From Naegleria gruberi (Eukaryota), in NCBI GenBank assembly GCA_000004985.1, contig GG738849.1: DNA of 64,000 nucleotides; one strand, written 5' to 3'. Positions 1 to 9,742 of this stretch are shown piece after piece (positions within the stretch are counted from its first letter, which is position 1; each line of letters opens with the position of its first letter). The notes under the pieces are model-generated. The model was not told the origin of the DNA, did no database searches, and saw only the letters and a program-made list of their open reading frames with translations. The translations under genes and the position numbers were made by a program.

Positions 1-1054
1 CCCTTTCTAATCTTTACATTCTTCACAAAAACGTTTGGATTATTATAAATTTCAACAAGAGTGGCAATAGCCATAACTTGTGGGATGGCACAGAAACTGA
101 AAACTTTTGGATCCTTAATGCTTGACATGTATTCGAGACAATCTGGAGCATGTGAGAGGGCATCAGTGACGAGGTAGTTCAATGTTTTAAGAGCTTGTGG
201 TAAATTCTTTGGATCCTTCAAGTCGGTAACTTGAGTGAGACCAAATTGTTGGAAAGCAGATGATGGATAGAAAGTTCTTCCTTCCTCAATATCTTCAGCA
301 TAGTCACGAATAATATTAACCTTTTGTAAGAAGAGACCCATGAGATTGGAAAGTGATTTCTTGAGTGGATCTTCCGATGAACCACTGAGGCCAACCTTGA
401 AGAGAGCTTGTTTATCTTCACCAAAGGCAGTAAACATATCTGAGAGACCAATACCAACCAAACCAGCAACATAGTGACAATATTCATCATAGTCCTTGAC
501 AGTATCAACACCAGTCATTCCCAAATAATCAACCATACCACAACCCATCTTCATTGTGACATCTTCAATAACAGCTTGATACTTTTGGTCAAGGCTGAGG
601 AAAATCTTACAAACGTGATCAAAGTGTAACATTAAATCAGCATAGTGAGCAGTAGCATTGAGACTACCACCACAATTTTCCAAATGGAAATTAGGATTAC
701 GAATCTTTTGATAGAAGGTTCTGAGCAATTCATGTTTAGCTTCAGGATTTTCCTTCAAGTATTCAGTATCGTCTTCAACAGTGTCCAAACCTCTCAAGAC
801 AAGATAAAAGATGGCAACCTAAAGAGTTCGGAATTAACATTGATTTTAACCATCATATTAATACTTACTGGATGTTTGAGTTCGTCTGGCAATTCTTGAA
901 TGACCATGGCAAAGGATCTGGATACTTGGTTCAACTTGTCATAACAAAACTTCAAGGATACATCATTTCTATCAATGGCTGGTAACTTGTGGAAATACTT
1001 GAGTTGGATCAAGGCTCCAAACTCGCTAAAGGTTTCAAAAGGAAGAAGACCCAT
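1..1054 (-). CDS. FDFT1: squalene synthase (farnesyl-diphosphate farnesyltransferase); the C-terminus runs off the left edge of the window
   Basis: ATG at 1054. Exon 1 is 1054..869 (..FCYDKLNQVSRSFAMVIQELPDELKHP). A 50-nt GTAAGT..TAG intron spans 868..819. Exon 2 is 818..1 (VAIFYLVLRGLDTVEDD..YCHYVAGLVGIGLS..NIIRDYAEDIEEGRTFYP). Both squalene/phytoene synthase signature regions are recognisable. Confidence 0.9.
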
Positions 1055-1217
1055 TTTCTATATATAAATTAAATATTAAATTCACAAATCGTGAGTGATG
1101 GTTGTTGTTGTTGAAAAGCCGATAGGGAGCGAGTGATAGTGTTGTTGAAAGAAATTGTTAACAACAACGGCAAAAGTAATCACAGGCAGGGACAAAATTA
1201 AGAAATTTTTTTCAAAT

Positions 1218-1772
1218 TCAATTTTTAGAATGTAACGGAAAGCGAATCGCAAGTGGTGAAGGAATTAATACAAGGTGGAAAGTCAAAAAATCAATGTGTT
1301 GAAAAGCGACACTTACCTTTGAGAATAAATTCTCCAAAACTTTTTGGTTATGTTCAATGGTTTTTTGAGGTAAAGCAGAATGTAAGTCATCTAGAGTGAG
1401 TCCATTAGTTTGACTCAATGAATGGTTATTATTTACAAGGTTTGAATGATTGGTTGTGTTGGCAGCTGATGGAATGTAGAGTGTTGAATGTTCCAGAGCT
1501 ACGAGGTTATGAGTGGTTTTTCTGTGGAATTCTGCTTTTTGAGAATGGGAACTAGCAACACCTGTTGATGAGGATTTTCTTTTTACAAGCAGAATATTAT
1601 GTTCAGCGGTTTGTAAGGAATTTGTGTGAACGAAATGGTTATTATTGAGAATTGAGGAGGGGGATGGATGAACTGATTTCAACTTATTTGCACTTAAACA
1701 TTCCGATTGACTAGATGTTATCACATTTTCAAATTCCAAATTATTGGATGACACTGGTCCCAAAGAGGTCAA
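1218..1772 (-). CDS. hypothetical S/N/H-rich low-complexity protein
   Basis: 184-codon ORF with no recognisable domain. The track start is a non-ATG codon, so the true start is unclear. A GTAAGT lies at about 1313, but no AG acceptor exists in the 230 nt downstream on this strand. Confidence 0.3.
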   Translation of the reverse strand: MTSLGPVSSNNLEFENVITSSQSECLSANKLKSVHPSPSSILNNNHFVHTNSLQTAEHNILLVKRKSSSTGVASSHSQKAEFHRKTTHNLVALEHSTLYIPSAANTTNHSNLVNNNHSLSQTNGLTLDDLHSALPQKTIEHNQKVLENLFSKVSVAFQHIDFLTFHLVLIPSPLAIRFPLHSKN

Positions 1773-2305
1773 TGATTGGTTCCTATTGCTAAATGTTCCA
1801 ATACAATTGTTGGTTATTAAAAAGTGATGATTCCAACAAGGAAACTTGTCTGGTACAACAAGAATTTAGTGTCATCATTAAATTACTTCTGCTTTTAACC
1901 ATTCCACAAGTCTTTTTCATCATCTTTATGTTATTTATGAAGTAGAAAAATAGATGTTTTTAATGCTTATTATAATGATGAAATACACTGAAGAGGTAGT
2001 GTTTGATGGGTAGTATTGTGGTGGGACTTTTTCTTTTGTATCTTTGCTGGATCAAACAATGCCTTGTGCAGAGATTCATCTGAGTCTCGAGATTGGACCA
2101 GATTAAAGTGTGGCGCATTCAATTATAGACTTACAAAGCTTGGAATCGCATGTTAACTGCACAATTGCTACGCTTCAAGGATAGATGAAATAAATTCAAC
2201 TCCAACAAAGAGATTCTTAGTTGTAAGTACATCCAAATCAGAAAAATAATGGATATTTGGCAGTATGGTATTGTCAAACCTTATGACAGTCAATTAGAAT
2301 TTATA

Positions 2306-3640
2306 TTACAAAATCTGTACATTATTTTCTAGTTTCATCTTTTCTCGGTAAGAACTCAGGCAGCATTCAGCCCGACAAAGAAAAGTGAAAGAATCAAGGG
2401 TTGGAGTTATGTTCTCCCTTGATAGAGACAGTACATCTCTCAATAAATTACAATCTTCCTGGAGTTTTTGCCAACCATTTTTCATTTCCATATTTTCTTC
2501 AACTTGTTTTAACTTGAGTGATGACGAATCGTTAGAGTTTAAAATCTCAATCATTTTGGAATTCAAGCTCTCTATACTCTTTTCACATTCATAAATTAGG
2601 TCATTAAGGAGTTGAGAGTGATTTGCTCTGATAAATTCTAATTTTTTCTCATATTCCTCTTCTATTCTTTGGGGAGACCATAACTTGATAGAGTCTAGGT
2701 CAACTATGTAAGTTTGTGAGCTCGCTGGCAAGTTAGTTAAATCGAGAGAATTTTCAGATTCCTCCATTTCTTGATCCTCCATATCATCGCTGTTCTCCGT
2801 TTTAATTTTCTTGTTAGAGGGGGATTGCATGTTGGATTTCCTCTTTGTTTTCGAAGAATCAGTTGTCACCGATTGAGTATCTGAATTATCTTCAATAACT
2901 TTAACTAAATTTCTAGTATCAAGACTTTTCATTCTATTATCCTTATTCTTTTTTATAAGAGCCTCAATCTCTTGATCGCTCATTGCCTCTAATCTTTCTT
3001 TCAGTTCTGATCGTTTACAAACATTTTTGTATCTGTTAGAAAGTTGAATGTCAGGAAAGAACCCCTCGTACTCTTTCGAGGCTATCAATGACCATTTCTT
3101 ATCATGTTTTGTGCAATAGTGCAATAACTCTAAATCTTCTTCATCACTCCATCGATGCTTTTTGGCATTTAATGTTCTGTGATACCTCTGATATAAAAAG
3201 TTTGAGGAATATTGACTATTGAATAATTTACGGTTGATCTCTTTCCATTGTATTGGATTATTACTTTCAGTGTATTGTCTAACTGCATCAATTAACATCA
3301 AATCTTGTTCTTTTGAAAGAGTCATTTTCTTCTTTTTCTTTTTATCATCATCCTCTTGTTTTTTACTGTTTTTCTTCTTTCTGGTAGAGGGCTTTTTCCC
3401 AGGATCTTCTGGAGTTGTGTGACTTCCATCATCAGAAGGCGACGAAGGAGGTTGTTGTGATGTTCGAGGAGGAGTTGAGATGAGTCCATTATTATTATTT
3501 ACAATATTTGAAGTAGAGGCATTGTTATTCATCATCACCATTGGAGAAAATTTGTCAACCAATTGGTGACTAAAACCATTGAATTGATTGCCCGTAATCA
3601 TTCCAATCTTCAATTTGTCTTTTTTTACAAAGTACTTCAA
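2306..3640 (-). CDS. Myb/SANT-domain DNA-binding protein (two Myb-like repeats)
   Basis: 444-aa ORF. Myb-type repeats are LSKEQDLMLIDAVRQYTESNNPIQWKEINRKL and WSDEEDLELLHYCTKHDKKWSLIASK. There is a basic KKKK tract and a C-terminal coiled-coil-like region. Confidence 0.6.
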   Translation of the reverse strand: MKYFVKKDKLKIGMITGNQFNGFSHQLVDKFSPMVMMNNNASTSNIVNNNNGLISTPPRTSQQPPSSPSDDGSHTTPEDPGKKPSTRKKKNSKKQEDDDKKKKKKMTLSKEQDLMLIDAVRQYTESNNPIQWKEINRKLFNSQYSSNFLYQRYHRTLNAKKHRWSDEEDLELLHYCTKHDKKWSLIASKEYEGFFPDIQLSNRYKNVCKRSELKERLEAMSDQEIEALIKKNKDNRMKSLDTRNLVKVIEDNSDTQSVTTDSSKTKRKSNMQSPSNKKIKTENSDDMEDQEMEESENSLDLTNLPASSQTYIVDLDSIKLWSPQRIEEEYEKKLEFIRANHSQLLNDLIYECEKSIESLNSKMIEILNSNDSSSLKLKQVEENMEMKNGWQKLQEDCNLLRDVLSLSRENITPTLDSFTFLCRAECCLSSYREKMKLENNVQIL

Positions 3641-3869
3641 ACAACTTTCCGAATCGAAAAAGTACGTGACTTCACAACCAGTCTCTCTTTTTCAAAAACT
3701 ATAAGTAATTGATGTGTCTTGAAGCGGCGATCACCACCATTGTCTCTATCAAAATAAATATTCTTAAACACAGTGCTCCAAGCCTATAATGCTGATGCTT
3801 TGAGAATTAAAATTTGATAGCGAGCAAGTTTGAAGAAAGAAAGGGTCTGTTTTTTTTGATCAAATTCAA

Positions 3870-3878
3870 TCTCCCGCC
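3870..3878. promoter_or_regulatory. TCTCCCGCC (E2F-type) element next to a short hairpin
   Basis: TCTCCCGCC at 3870..3878 lies in the divergent spacer between the Myb gene (ATG 3640) and ATG 4021. It is followed by the hairpin CGGTTT-GCA-AAACCG. Confidence 0.3.
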
Positions 3879-4020
3879 AACTCATCATACGGTTTGCAAA
3901 ACCGCTTAAAAAAAATCAAACAGTCTTCTTGGACAATTGCTGAGAGAGATTTTCATCATCATTCATCATCAAATTGGTGGAAACTAATCAGTGTTAGAGT
4001 AGTAAAAGAATAGTGTAAAT

Positions 4021-5197
4021 ATGAAGAAAACAAGTATAGGGGGTTCTACCTTAAAACAATTTAATATGGATTCAATAGGATCGATTAAATCAACAAATGG
4101 GACAGTGCCGGTCAGCACAGGAACATTAAAAAAGACACCAAGTTCTTCAGGTAGTGCAACTAAACCAAAAGTTTCAAAACCATCATCAGCCTCCTCTCAG
4201 GCATCATCTTCCTCTACAAGGAGTAACAATTCAACTATCGGAAAGAAAGTTGCACCAAAAGCTCTCGAAGATTTATATGAACAATCCAAAAAGAATCCAG
4301 TTGTTGCAAAGGCAAAGCAGAAAGCAATTGAGGCAGGTGAACCTGTTGACAAGCTTGCCTTTGAAACTGTGGTTTTGGAGGAAGAGTTGAAAAAACTCAA
4401 AATGAATATAATGAAAGATAAGGAGGTGAGAAGTACTATGCCGTAGGTTTTCATATTTAAAATTGTTGACTAAATTTCAAATTAGAAAGCAAGGATTTTG
4501 GAAAAGTTCACAAAAAATTAGGGAAGAATTGACACAAACAACGTCTCCAACAATGAGTAATAGACCCCCTTCATCCACAACAATGAGAAATTCTTTCAGT
4601 AGAGATGGTGAGCAGGGAAAGGTCATTAAAATTAGATCATCTATAACGAGCTTAACAAACAGTAGACCAAGCAGCTCTGCTGGTTTAAATAGTAGTACAC
4701 TTTCTGTAAAAACTAAACCTATTCCAGGAACACAATACGAGGAAATTATAGAGTTTGCTGGCCACAAAGCAAGTGCAGTATCGACGGAAACAAGTACAGC
4801 AAATGGAGGGGGCGTATTCTTGAATGGAGAATATAATGAGGCTGAACAAAGCAGGCTATTCCAGGAGGCCCTTAGAAATTGGAGGGGTGATAACAAATTG
4901 GAATCTAAAATTTATGAAGAGGATAACTCTGCAACCATGCAACGAGGAAAATTGAAGGAAGGCAATTATGATGAGCATTTGCAACAAAAACTATTCAAAG
5001 ATGCTGTAATGTCTTGGAGAAATGGAGGAGCATCAGATAGCAAACGAGAGAAATGCAATGCAGAAACAGAGTCAGATCAAAACATGACCAATACTGAAAG
5101 AAAAATGAATGGAATGGCACTGTTTCAGAATGAGTTTTTGGAGCATTTAAGAAATGCAACAAGGCATACTTATTTTGACTTACATTTCAGGAAATAA
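4021..5197 (+). CDS. hypothetical S-rich protein with two copies of a ..LFxxAxxxWR.. motif
   Basis: ORFs 4021..4446 and 4463..5197 join in frame through a GTGAGA..AAG intron at 4426..4489 (64 nt). The acceptor at 4484/85 would be out of frame. Repeated motifs are EAEQSRLFQEALRNWRG and EHLQQKLFKDAVMSWRNG. Confidence 0.45.
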
Positions 5198-5224
5198 CTT
5201 TGTAAATAATGGATAAATAATTTA

Positions 5225-7636
5225 TTACTTTTTCGACAAAACTTTTTCGACAACACCTGCAGCAACAGTCTCGCCATTCACTCTAGCTGTTAAACGACCA
5301 AACTTGGCAAAATCAGCATACTTTTCAATTGAGATAGTATTATCAGTAACTATGGTTACAATAGCATTCGAATACTTTGGAATACATTTTGGTTTCTTTT
5401 CAAGTATTTCTAATTGCTTGTTTAAGGTACAAGTGAGTTTGGTAATTACAGCTGGAACATCAATGTTGTGCAAATGGAGAACAACATGAGCACCCTTAAT
5501 GATTGGTATCTTCATATCAAAGGTAGCAATTCTAGCCTTGAATCTATTTGTTACCTTAATTTCATTTCCAATAGGGCATAGAATTTGACCAACCATAAGC
5601 TTTTCTATATCAATAGATCCCAAACCAATTTCAACATTGTCACCAGCATAACCATGCTTGACAGGACTCTTATGACGAAGAATGGATTTAACTGTACAAA
5701 CTTCTCTAATTGGCATAATAACCAATTCGTCTCCTTCTGAGATAGTACCTGTTTCAATCTTACCAGCAACAGTAATACCAGTTGCCAATGATTTATAAAC
5801 ATCAGAAACCGACATTCTCAAGGCCTTTTCAATATCACGAGGTTTAGGTTCGAACTTGTCAATTCTTTCAACAACTGAAAGACCATCATACCATGAAATA
5901 GATCCTGATTTTGTGATCAAATTTTCTCCTTGAAGACCACTAGCAGGAATATAAAAAACATGACTACCGTCTTGAGTTTGGAATCCTATTTGTCTCATAA
6001 AGTCGTCCAATTGAGCTACAATACTATCATAACGTTCCTTTGACCATCCGATTGAGTCCAACTTGTTTACGACAACAATTACTTGTTCAACTCCCAAACT
6101 TCTAGCTAAAATCAAGTGTTCCTTAGTTTGACCTCCATTGGCAAATCCTGTTTCAAAACCACCAGGAGTTGAATCAATAACTAGAATAGCAAAGTCAGCT
6201 TGAGCAGCACCAGTAATCATTTTTGGAATAAAATCCTTGTGACCTGGGGCATCCAAAATGGTAACATGACGATTTGGTGTTTCGAAATATCGTACACCAA
6301 CATCCATTGTGACACCACGTTGTCTTTCCTCTTCATGTTCATCCATTACCCAAGCAAAGTGGAATGATGATTTACCAATTTCAACTGACTCCTTCTTGAA
6401 TTTACGTAAAGTATTCTCAGAAACATTTCCCAATTTGTAAAGTAAATGTCCCATCAAGGTTGATTTACCAGCATCAACGTGACCAATAATAACAACATTA
6501 ATACGCTTCTTTTCCTTATCCTCAGGAGCCTTGTGTTTAATACCAGAGGATTTAATTGGTTTTGGTGATTGTGGTTCCTTCTTTTCTGATTCATCAATAT
6601 CCATATCTAAAATTGTGGTATTCTTAGACTTATTCTTTTGAGGAGTTTGTTTCTTTTCAATTGGTTTAAAGTCCTCAAGAGGTTTGTGACTAGCTTTTTG
6701 TTGAGATCTAGCAGAACTAATGAGATCATCTGGAGATGGTGTGTCAAATTTAAAAAAATCAATTATAGGGGAAGAATTGGTGTTTGAATTATTAACATGT
6801 TTTTTGTTGTGGAGTATTTCATAATAGGGAGACAATCGTTCTGGAGAGTTTGCAAAAAATGACTTTACAAAGGATTCATTGGTGAGAGAGGTTGTAAGGC
6901 AACGACCAAAAGCTGATGCAACTGCTTGACCTGTTTCTTGATTCTTTTGATTTGACGAATCAGAGAGTGAGCTTTGTGAAAGCTTTTTGATAATTTCTCT
7001 TTCATCTTCACTCAAATCAGAATCATTATTGTCTAAATCTGTCTTGTTGGATTTTCTCATATTCTTCTTCTTGTTAGAAGAAACAGATCTGAGGTATTCT
7101 TCATCAGAGGACACTTCTTCCTCCGATGAGCTGATTGACTGTTGCACTTTTGGTGTTGATTTTACATCGCTTGGTGGTTGAGTGGAATTGGAAATTTTGG
7201 AACCTCTTCCTGCCGAGAGAGGAGTTGTGTTGTTATTATTATTACTGGAAGATGATGGTGTAGTGGTAGTAGAGTTATTATCTGATGTTGTTGGTGGTAT
7301 TGTAGAGGTTTCACTCTTTACGGTTATCACAGGCCCTGAATTATTCGTTCGCATCAATCCACCCCGTCCAGCACTTACTATTGGAGTTGATGATGATGTT
7401 GTTGTTGTTGTAGTTGTGGGTATATTACCACCACTCAACAGTGATGAACCTCTTCCGGCCGAATTATTGCTACTATTGTTTGCTATTGTGGAAACAACAA
7501 CTGGAGCACTGGAAATAACATTTCCTCTACCGATGCCAGCTACACTACTAACACTTGTTGGTTGTTGTTGATTGATGGTTGGTGAAGAATTGGCGTTTCC
7601 AAGAAGGAGCCCACCTCTTCCTCTACCAGCAGACAT
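5225..7636 (-). CDS. HBS1: HBS1-like translational GTPase (ribosome-rescue factor): GTPase and domains II/III, with a long S/T/N-rich N-terminal extension
   Basis: G1 motif is GHVDAGKST, G3 is DAPGHKDF and G4 is NKLD. The block LMGHLLYKLGNV..SFHFAWVMDEHEEERQRGVTMDV is closer to HBS1L than to eRF3 (from memory). The ATG at 7636 has the typical A-run context. It may instead be exon 4 of a larger gene (see 7773..8560). Confidence 0.85.
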   Translation of the reverse strand: MSAGRGRGGLLLGNANSSPTINQQQPTSVSSVAGIGRGNVISSAPVVVSTIANNSSNNSAGRGSSLLSGGNIPTTTTTTTSSSTPIVSAGRGGLMRTNNSGPVITVKSETSTIPPTTSDNNSTTTTPSSSSNNNNNTTPLSAGRGSKISNSTQPPSDVKSTPKVQQSISSSEEEVSSDEEYLRSVSSNKKKNMRKSNKTDLDNNDSDLSEDEREIIKKLSQSSLSDSSNQKNQETGQAVASAFGRCLTTSLTNESFVKSFFANSPERLSPYYEILHNKKHVNNSNTNSSPIIDFFKFDTPSPDDLISSARSQQKASHKPLEDFKPIEKKQTPQKNKSKNTTILDMDIDESEKKEPQSPKPIKSSGIKHKAPEDKEKKRINVVIIGHVDAGKSTLMGHLLYKLGNVSENTLRKFKKESVEIGKSSFHFAWVMDEHEEERQRGVTMDVGVRYFETPNRHVTILDAPGHKDFIPKMITGAAQADFAILVIDSTPGGFETGFANGGQTKEHLILARSLGVEQVIVVVNKLDSIGWSKERYDSIVAQLDDFMRQIGFQTQDGSHVFYIPASGLQGENLITKSGSISWYDGLSVVERIDKFEPKPRDIEKALRMSVSDVYKSLATGITVAGKIETGTISEGDELVIMPIREVCTVKSILRHKSPVKHGYAGDNVEIGLGSIDIEKLMVGQILCPIGNEIKVTNRFKARIATFDMKIPIIKGAHVVLHLHNIDVPAVITKLTCTLNKQLEILEKKPKCIPKYSNAIVTIVTDNTISIEKYADFAKFGRLTARVNGETVAAGVVEKVLSKK

Positions 7637-7772
7637 TTTTTTCTATTTGATTAACAACACAAGCTCTCTCAACATTAACAGTCATTATTGCAAACCAATT
7701 CCCAGAACAATGTGTCCACTCCTATCATGTCATACTCAACACTCGTTCATGTTTTGAAAATAAACATAGAAT

Positions 7773-8560
7773 TCACACGATCAAAATGAAATTAAACATA
7801 CCAGTAAAGATATTTTCAGAAACTTCACTTGTTGGTGTTGGAGTGCCAGAAATCTCGGTAAAATTATCCAATTCTGAAACTAGAATGATATTATTCCTAT
7901 TATCCTTCTTTTTGCTTGATTGTTTCTTATTGTCATTCTTCTTTTGAGAATTGGAAGATGTGGCAGCAGGTTGTTGTTGTGTGGCTTTAGTTGTATTGGC
8001 AGCCTTATTTGAGTTATTCTTATTTCCAGTAGTTTTAGAATTATTTGATTTTACAACAATATTGACTGCTGACTTTTTCTTTCTCTCCTCTTCTTTTTGA
8101 GCCATTTCATAAATTTCATTAATGCAAGCTTCAAAATCTCCATCACATCTTTCCAAAATATCAACTAGGAATGGTTCACCTTCTGGTTTCTTAATCAATG
8201 GGAAAATTGAAAGAATATATTGTGATGATTCAGCATCAATTCCGTGAATTATAAAATCCGCAAGCTGATGAACTGGATCATCAGATTCTATTAATTATCA
8301 AATAATATTCCAAAAATCATATTGATGATAAAACATTTAAAAAGCCTTTTAAATACCACACATTGAATTTATCACACATACCATTTTGTCCATTTTCATC
8401 CTCATCATATTCATACTCATCATCGAGGTCTTATCCGATATAGAATACATAATTAGTGGCAACAGTATTAGAACACATTCAAATAATTTTAAATTCTCTC
8501 TCCAAACACCACAACTAGCAACCTACCTTCATCATCGTAAAAGTTGGAGTGTCTAGGCAT
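7773..8560 (-). CDS. HBS1 N-terminal-domain protein; either a separate gene or exons 1-3 of the HBS1 gene
   Basis: Exons on the minus strand are 8560..8527, 8429..8382 and 8287..7773. Introns are 8526..8430 (GTAGGT, 97 nt) and 8381..8288 (GTATGT, 94 nt). The product is MPRHSNFYDDEDLDDEYEYDEDENGQNESDDPV..PFLVDILERCDGDFEACINEIYEM. This resembles the HBS1L N-terminus ([20 protein letters not shown].. plus a UBA-like fold). It ends at TGA 7775..7773 unless a GTGTGA donor at 7778 is spliced to AG 7644/43. Confidence 0.6.
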
Positions 8561-8583
8561 TTTTCTTTAAATATTCTAAAAAC

Positions 8584-9474
8584 TTAAGGTGGCACTATTG
8601 TTCATTGTTCACCAAAATTTAAAAAAAAATAACAAGTCGAAACAGTTTATATCTTGTTTGTCCTTTGTGACAATCATTGCCACACAATACACGAGCTGAT
8701 TTACAAGGACAACTTTTGCAGTACATGAACATGAAACACCATGATCTATTTTCTTCTTCTTTCTTTTTCGGAAATTAATTTCTGTTGATTGTGTTTCTGA
8801 AACTATGCACTTCTTTCGTCAATTTTACAACAAGCATCTTGTTTTTTCTCCATAGCACTTGTCATAATTTCCACACCAGTGATCTACATACACATTCAGT
8901 ATTGTTCTTAGAATATTCTCTTTTGCATGCTACAGAAACAGTTGAATCCTATCTGATGGTTGAGAACTTCGTGATGCAACTTCGTGATGCGATTTCATTT
9001 AAAATTTGTAGAAACATCCGAAAATAAAATTAATTGGTTTTGATAGTACTTTTAGTTGCTTATTTTCAATACGGAAACACAATAAGAAGGCAAAGTAAAG
9101 TTGGTACAAACATAACAACACATCTAGACCATATCTTGTTTTTTGCAATGTTTAATTTTGTTACTGGAGTGTAGGAGAAGATTAAAACTTTAATTTTTTT
9201 ACCGTTACGATGATGAAGAACAATCGGATCATGTTGGGATTTCATTATTTATTCTAAAGAGAGTGAAAAGTAAAGCAAAGTAAAGTAGGGATAAACTATT
9301 CACATATAAGAGAAGATGCTGTCTTCTAACCAAGTCTCCAAATTTGTAGGAGAGTGTAGGAGAACCTCTCAAACTTTAATAAATTACTTCGTCATTCAGC
9401 AAGAATTGTAAAAAATAATTAACCAAAAATTTTTACCGAATTTCCTTTTATTGTCAGCTACAGTGCCACCTTAA
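8584..9474. mobile_element. candidate TTAA-flanked inverted-repeat (MITE-like) element in a divergent promoter region
   Basis: TTAAGGTGGCACT at 8584..8596 and its exact reverse complement AGTGCCACCTTAA at 9462..9474. This reads as a 9-bp TIR (GGTGGCACT) plus TTAA on each side. The interior is non-coding and holds a degenerate 185-bp direct duplication. Confidence 0.3.
9083..9438. repeat. degenerate direct duplication with about 185-bp period
   Basis: Collinear shared words at constant offset: CAAAGTAAAGT 9091 and 9276; GAGTGTAGGAGAA 9168 and 9353; AAACTTTAAT 9185 and 9371; TTTTTACCG 9196 and 9430. Confidence 0.7.
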
Positions 9475-9742
9475 AAATAGAAATTGTTCAATTTTAAATA
9501 GTACCTCAGAGATTTTGAGTTACCATTATCAATGAAAGTTTATACTACTTGCAAAGATGAATGGATGAATGGAAAATCTTGTTGTTACTAATTAAATATG
9601 AAGATGAGAAAAAGTGAATAATAAAAAACGAATAATTCTATTTTTCAACAACTTGTTTGAAATTCTGTAAATTTTTTGTTGATTAAAAAAAAATTCGTCA
9701 TCATCGAATCAAACAATACCACAAACAATAACCATCATCAAA

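Noticed and set aside
1081-1310. A 230-nt stretch lacking any CT dinucleotide on the plus strand (C-poor, G/A/T-rich) between two genes
   Set aside because: It is a compositional skew typical of the promoter/3'UTR spacers here. No repeat or structure was detected.
1970-2090. C-box-like (ATGATGA) and CTGA elements suggesting a C/D snoRNA. Similar ATGATGA motifs occur in the 201-nt intron at 27358..27558 and around 55200-55300.
   Set aside because: There is no correctly spaced D box with a terminal stem. ATGATGA is expected frequently in AT-rich DNA.
4426-4485. The better-looking acceptor TTAG at 4484/85 for the intron in the 4021..5197 gene
   Set aside because: It puts exon 2 out of frame. 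The next AG (4488/89) restores the long ORF, so the 64-nt model was preferred, though it remains uncertain.
7182-7571. Antisense shadow ORFs with homopolymeric or odd composition, including 7182..7571+, 11350..11886+, 31680..31970-, 39869..40327-, 50030..50524- and 4477..4896-
   Set aside because: They lie opposite well-supported coding exons with biased, low-complexity codon usage. Their sequences (V/L/F-rich runs) look like translation artefacts.
8785-9027. 80-aa ORF in the 8.6-9.7 kb spacer, and a 112-aa ORF at 20565..20903
   Set aside because: There is no ATG context or homology and the composition is poor. They fall in promoter or repeat DNA upstream of real genes.
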